Assembly (NCBI GenBank): GCA_000708835.1
Contig: DF237703.1
Location: forward strand, 1-36,089
Source of the DNA: Klebsormidium nitens
Taxonomy: Eukaryota > Plantae > Klebsormidiophyceae
Direction: 5' to 3'
DNA: 36,089 bases
Notes under the pieces: generated by a model
The model's input: only the letters and a program-made list of their open reading frames with translations
Told to the model about the DNA's origin: nothing
Database searches by the model: none
Position numbers and translations under genes: made by a program
Shown here: piece after piece, positions 33,939-36,089 of the stretch
How the letters are laid out: the number at the start of each line of letters is the position of its first letter
Position numbering within the stretch: the first letter of the stretch is position 1

Positions 33939-35719
33939 TGCTCAATATAGACCATTAGGCCAGACCAGTGCATTAAAGGATCTGGTGTGGGTTGGATTCA
34001 ACGGTGATGCATATGGGAGCGGCAAGTCGGCCTAAGGGGTGCGCGTCGACCGTAAACCTACTAGTACTTGGCCTCCAGTGTTGCATTTGTAGTACCGCCC
34101 ACGCTGTTCAACCATTTCCTCGCTGACCCCTTCCAACTTACGCCTTCCACAGCCTGCAATTCTACACCTCCATCTGAGCATTACTGCGAGCCACTGTGAC
34201 TGCCCCGGCTCCGCTTCGTCACTCCAGCAACCTGCATTTCTGCACAACCACCTGAGCATTGGCAGCCCCTGCCCAGGAGCTCCTTCGTCATCCCAGCACG
34301 TGAGTTATATTGCCACAGTCCCTGCTTGACAAGGCCCTACCACCTCTCGCTAGCACAGATAATGATCAATCTCCAGAATCTCCTCCAAGCTTGGCCACTT
34401 GAATTCATGGTTTAATTTTCACATGCTTCCTAAGAGCAAATTGCCAGTACGGTGAGTCCAGCCAACTCGGGGGCACGTGCTTCTGCGGCGAATTTATACC
34501 TGTAGTTCAATGTGACTTTTCTAGCCACGGACAATCTGCGTGTGGTCTCTCTCTCTTTAATCCCCCCCCTTTTTGGGACGTAGGTACGTATGTTTGCAAG
34601 TCTCAACTCTCGGCGGTACGTAGTACGCACCGTAACACGTACCGTAGTACCGGGGCCGGCGGTTGCCGTACGGACGATTACAAAGTCACATACGTATGCT
34701 CCTATACGTATATACGCAAGTCATCGATTATAGACACTACGTTTATATTATTTCCAATAGACTTATACGTATATTGTTAGTCACCGCTTATATATGTAAA
34801 TATTCGGAATATACACCTAAGCAGCCTGCTGTCAGTATATCAATACCACAAGCACAATATTCAGCCGACCGGCCTGCCTGGTGCGAGGCGCCCCGGGCAT
34901 CGCCGCGGGGTAAACCGTTACTCTATCACCTGCTCGGTACATACTACCACTGGCTGCCGCTATTGGAATATGAACTCCAGCAATCAGTCTGTTCGCACTT
35001 GTTAGCAATTCTCTCAGCACTCTCAGAGCAGGCAACGTGTGGTTCCTTAAGGGAGCGTACAAGGACAGAAGAAGGCGTGCTGGAGGATGGTGGGCTTCTC
35101 ATGTACGATGGCCAGATCGATACACCACCGCAAGCTCGCCCAATACCAAAGGTGCGGCGACAGCTGCAAACAGAGTCTAAGTGTAAGTTAGTTGGGCTCG
35201 ACGAAGCATGAAAAAGAGAACGTGCAAATTGAAAAGAGTACAAGGAGTCCAGCCGGGGTTGTGATGCGCGGTCTGCAGTGATGTGTAATCCTGCAGAATG
35301 TTGCGAGACGATAGCGCTTCGACACACCGGTAGACGTGCATGATAGTGTAGTGCTGAGAAGTTTGCTATTGCCGACGACCTGAGTCAGGCGCGGAAGCAT
35401 TTTTGCGACGTTAAATGGAGGCCCTTTTTTCAAATCTATTGCAAGGCTCGCTACCATATACGAAGCCGACCAGCAAAGCCCGCAAGTTTCAGAGGGAAGG
35501 ATTTCGCTACTCACCTGTTGTCTTAATTGCTTTTCACTCGATCCTGATGCCCTTCCACCAAACCTTGTGATTACGAGCACGTGCTCCTAACGAACACCCA
35601 GGTGGCGCGCGACGATCGCGTCCACGTGGCAACGGATCAACTGCAGTTGTCAGAAAGAACAATATTCAGCAAAGTTCACTGAGAGCAGAGATTTATGGAT
35701 GAGGAAGAGAAGCTTTTGG

Positions 35720-36089
35720 TCAGATTAGATTCCTCCAGAAAGCTACGCGCTCTGCGATCGGCTGAAAGGTAGAAGGGTACCGACGTTTGATCGGTTTTCA
35801 AACTTGAATTTTGTCATCATGACAGGGAATATATGAGATGTAAAGCCCGTTTGGATCTTACCATCGATCAACAGTATCCTGCACGCGGATCTCGCGGGCA
35901 ACGCATTTCGTTACCTTTGAGCTTTATACAGACACTCAACTACAGCTGCGTAATGTTCCGCATGTAGCCTAATTTGCCCAGCGAGCGCGCGTACCTGATC
36001 CAGAAGCTCCCGCCTCTTCACGTCCTGCCCCAGGTCCGGCAGCCTTGGCGCCCGCGCACACGAGCGCGCTCGAGCTGCCGTGCGGTATC
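35720..36089 (-). CDS. Probable 3' end (last two exons) of an unidentified neighbouring gene running off the window
   Basis: Exon 36089-35995 (...CARAPRLPDLGQDVKRRELLDQ|GTACGC donor) joins phase 0 to exon 35761-35720 (acceptor CTACCTTTCAG|PIAERVAFWRNLI*). Confidence 0.45.

Noticed and set aside
34663-35580. ORFs 34663-35211 (+) and 35188-35580 (-)
   Set aside because: No recognisable domain or consistent splice structure. Likely KEA upstream region or the 3' UTR of the neighbouring gene.

Overview
Eukaryotic, green-plant-lineage genomic DNA with GT-AG introns. A streptophyte alga such as Klebsormidium is my guess from gene style, not something the sequence proves. The left half (2506-19228) is one complete 16.7-kb Ty3/Gypsy LTR retrotransposon: about 1.18-kb LTRs at about 98% identity, a tRNA-iMet PBS, a PPT and a 4-bp TSD (CTAT). 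It carries a very long, now disrupted Gag-PR-RT-RH-IN polyprotein (about 2,900 codons) and a large non-env extra ORF (about 1,600 codons) between integrase and the 3' LTR. Its ends are non-canonical. The 5' LTR has no CA before the PBS. The 10-mer AGAGAATACA occurs both between the PPT and the 3' LTR, forming the palindrome AGAGAATACA-GC-TGTGCTCTCT, and after the 3' LTR. This is the arrangement expected if a 2-LTR circle or end-to-end junction was opened at an internal att palindrome. The right half holds a degenerate unidentified relic (about 19.4-23.5 kb), a 19-exon KEA4/5/6-type K+/H+ antiporter gene on the minus strand (24122-33938), and the probable last two exons of another minus-strand gene at the window end. 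All alignments, counts and exon calls were done by eye.
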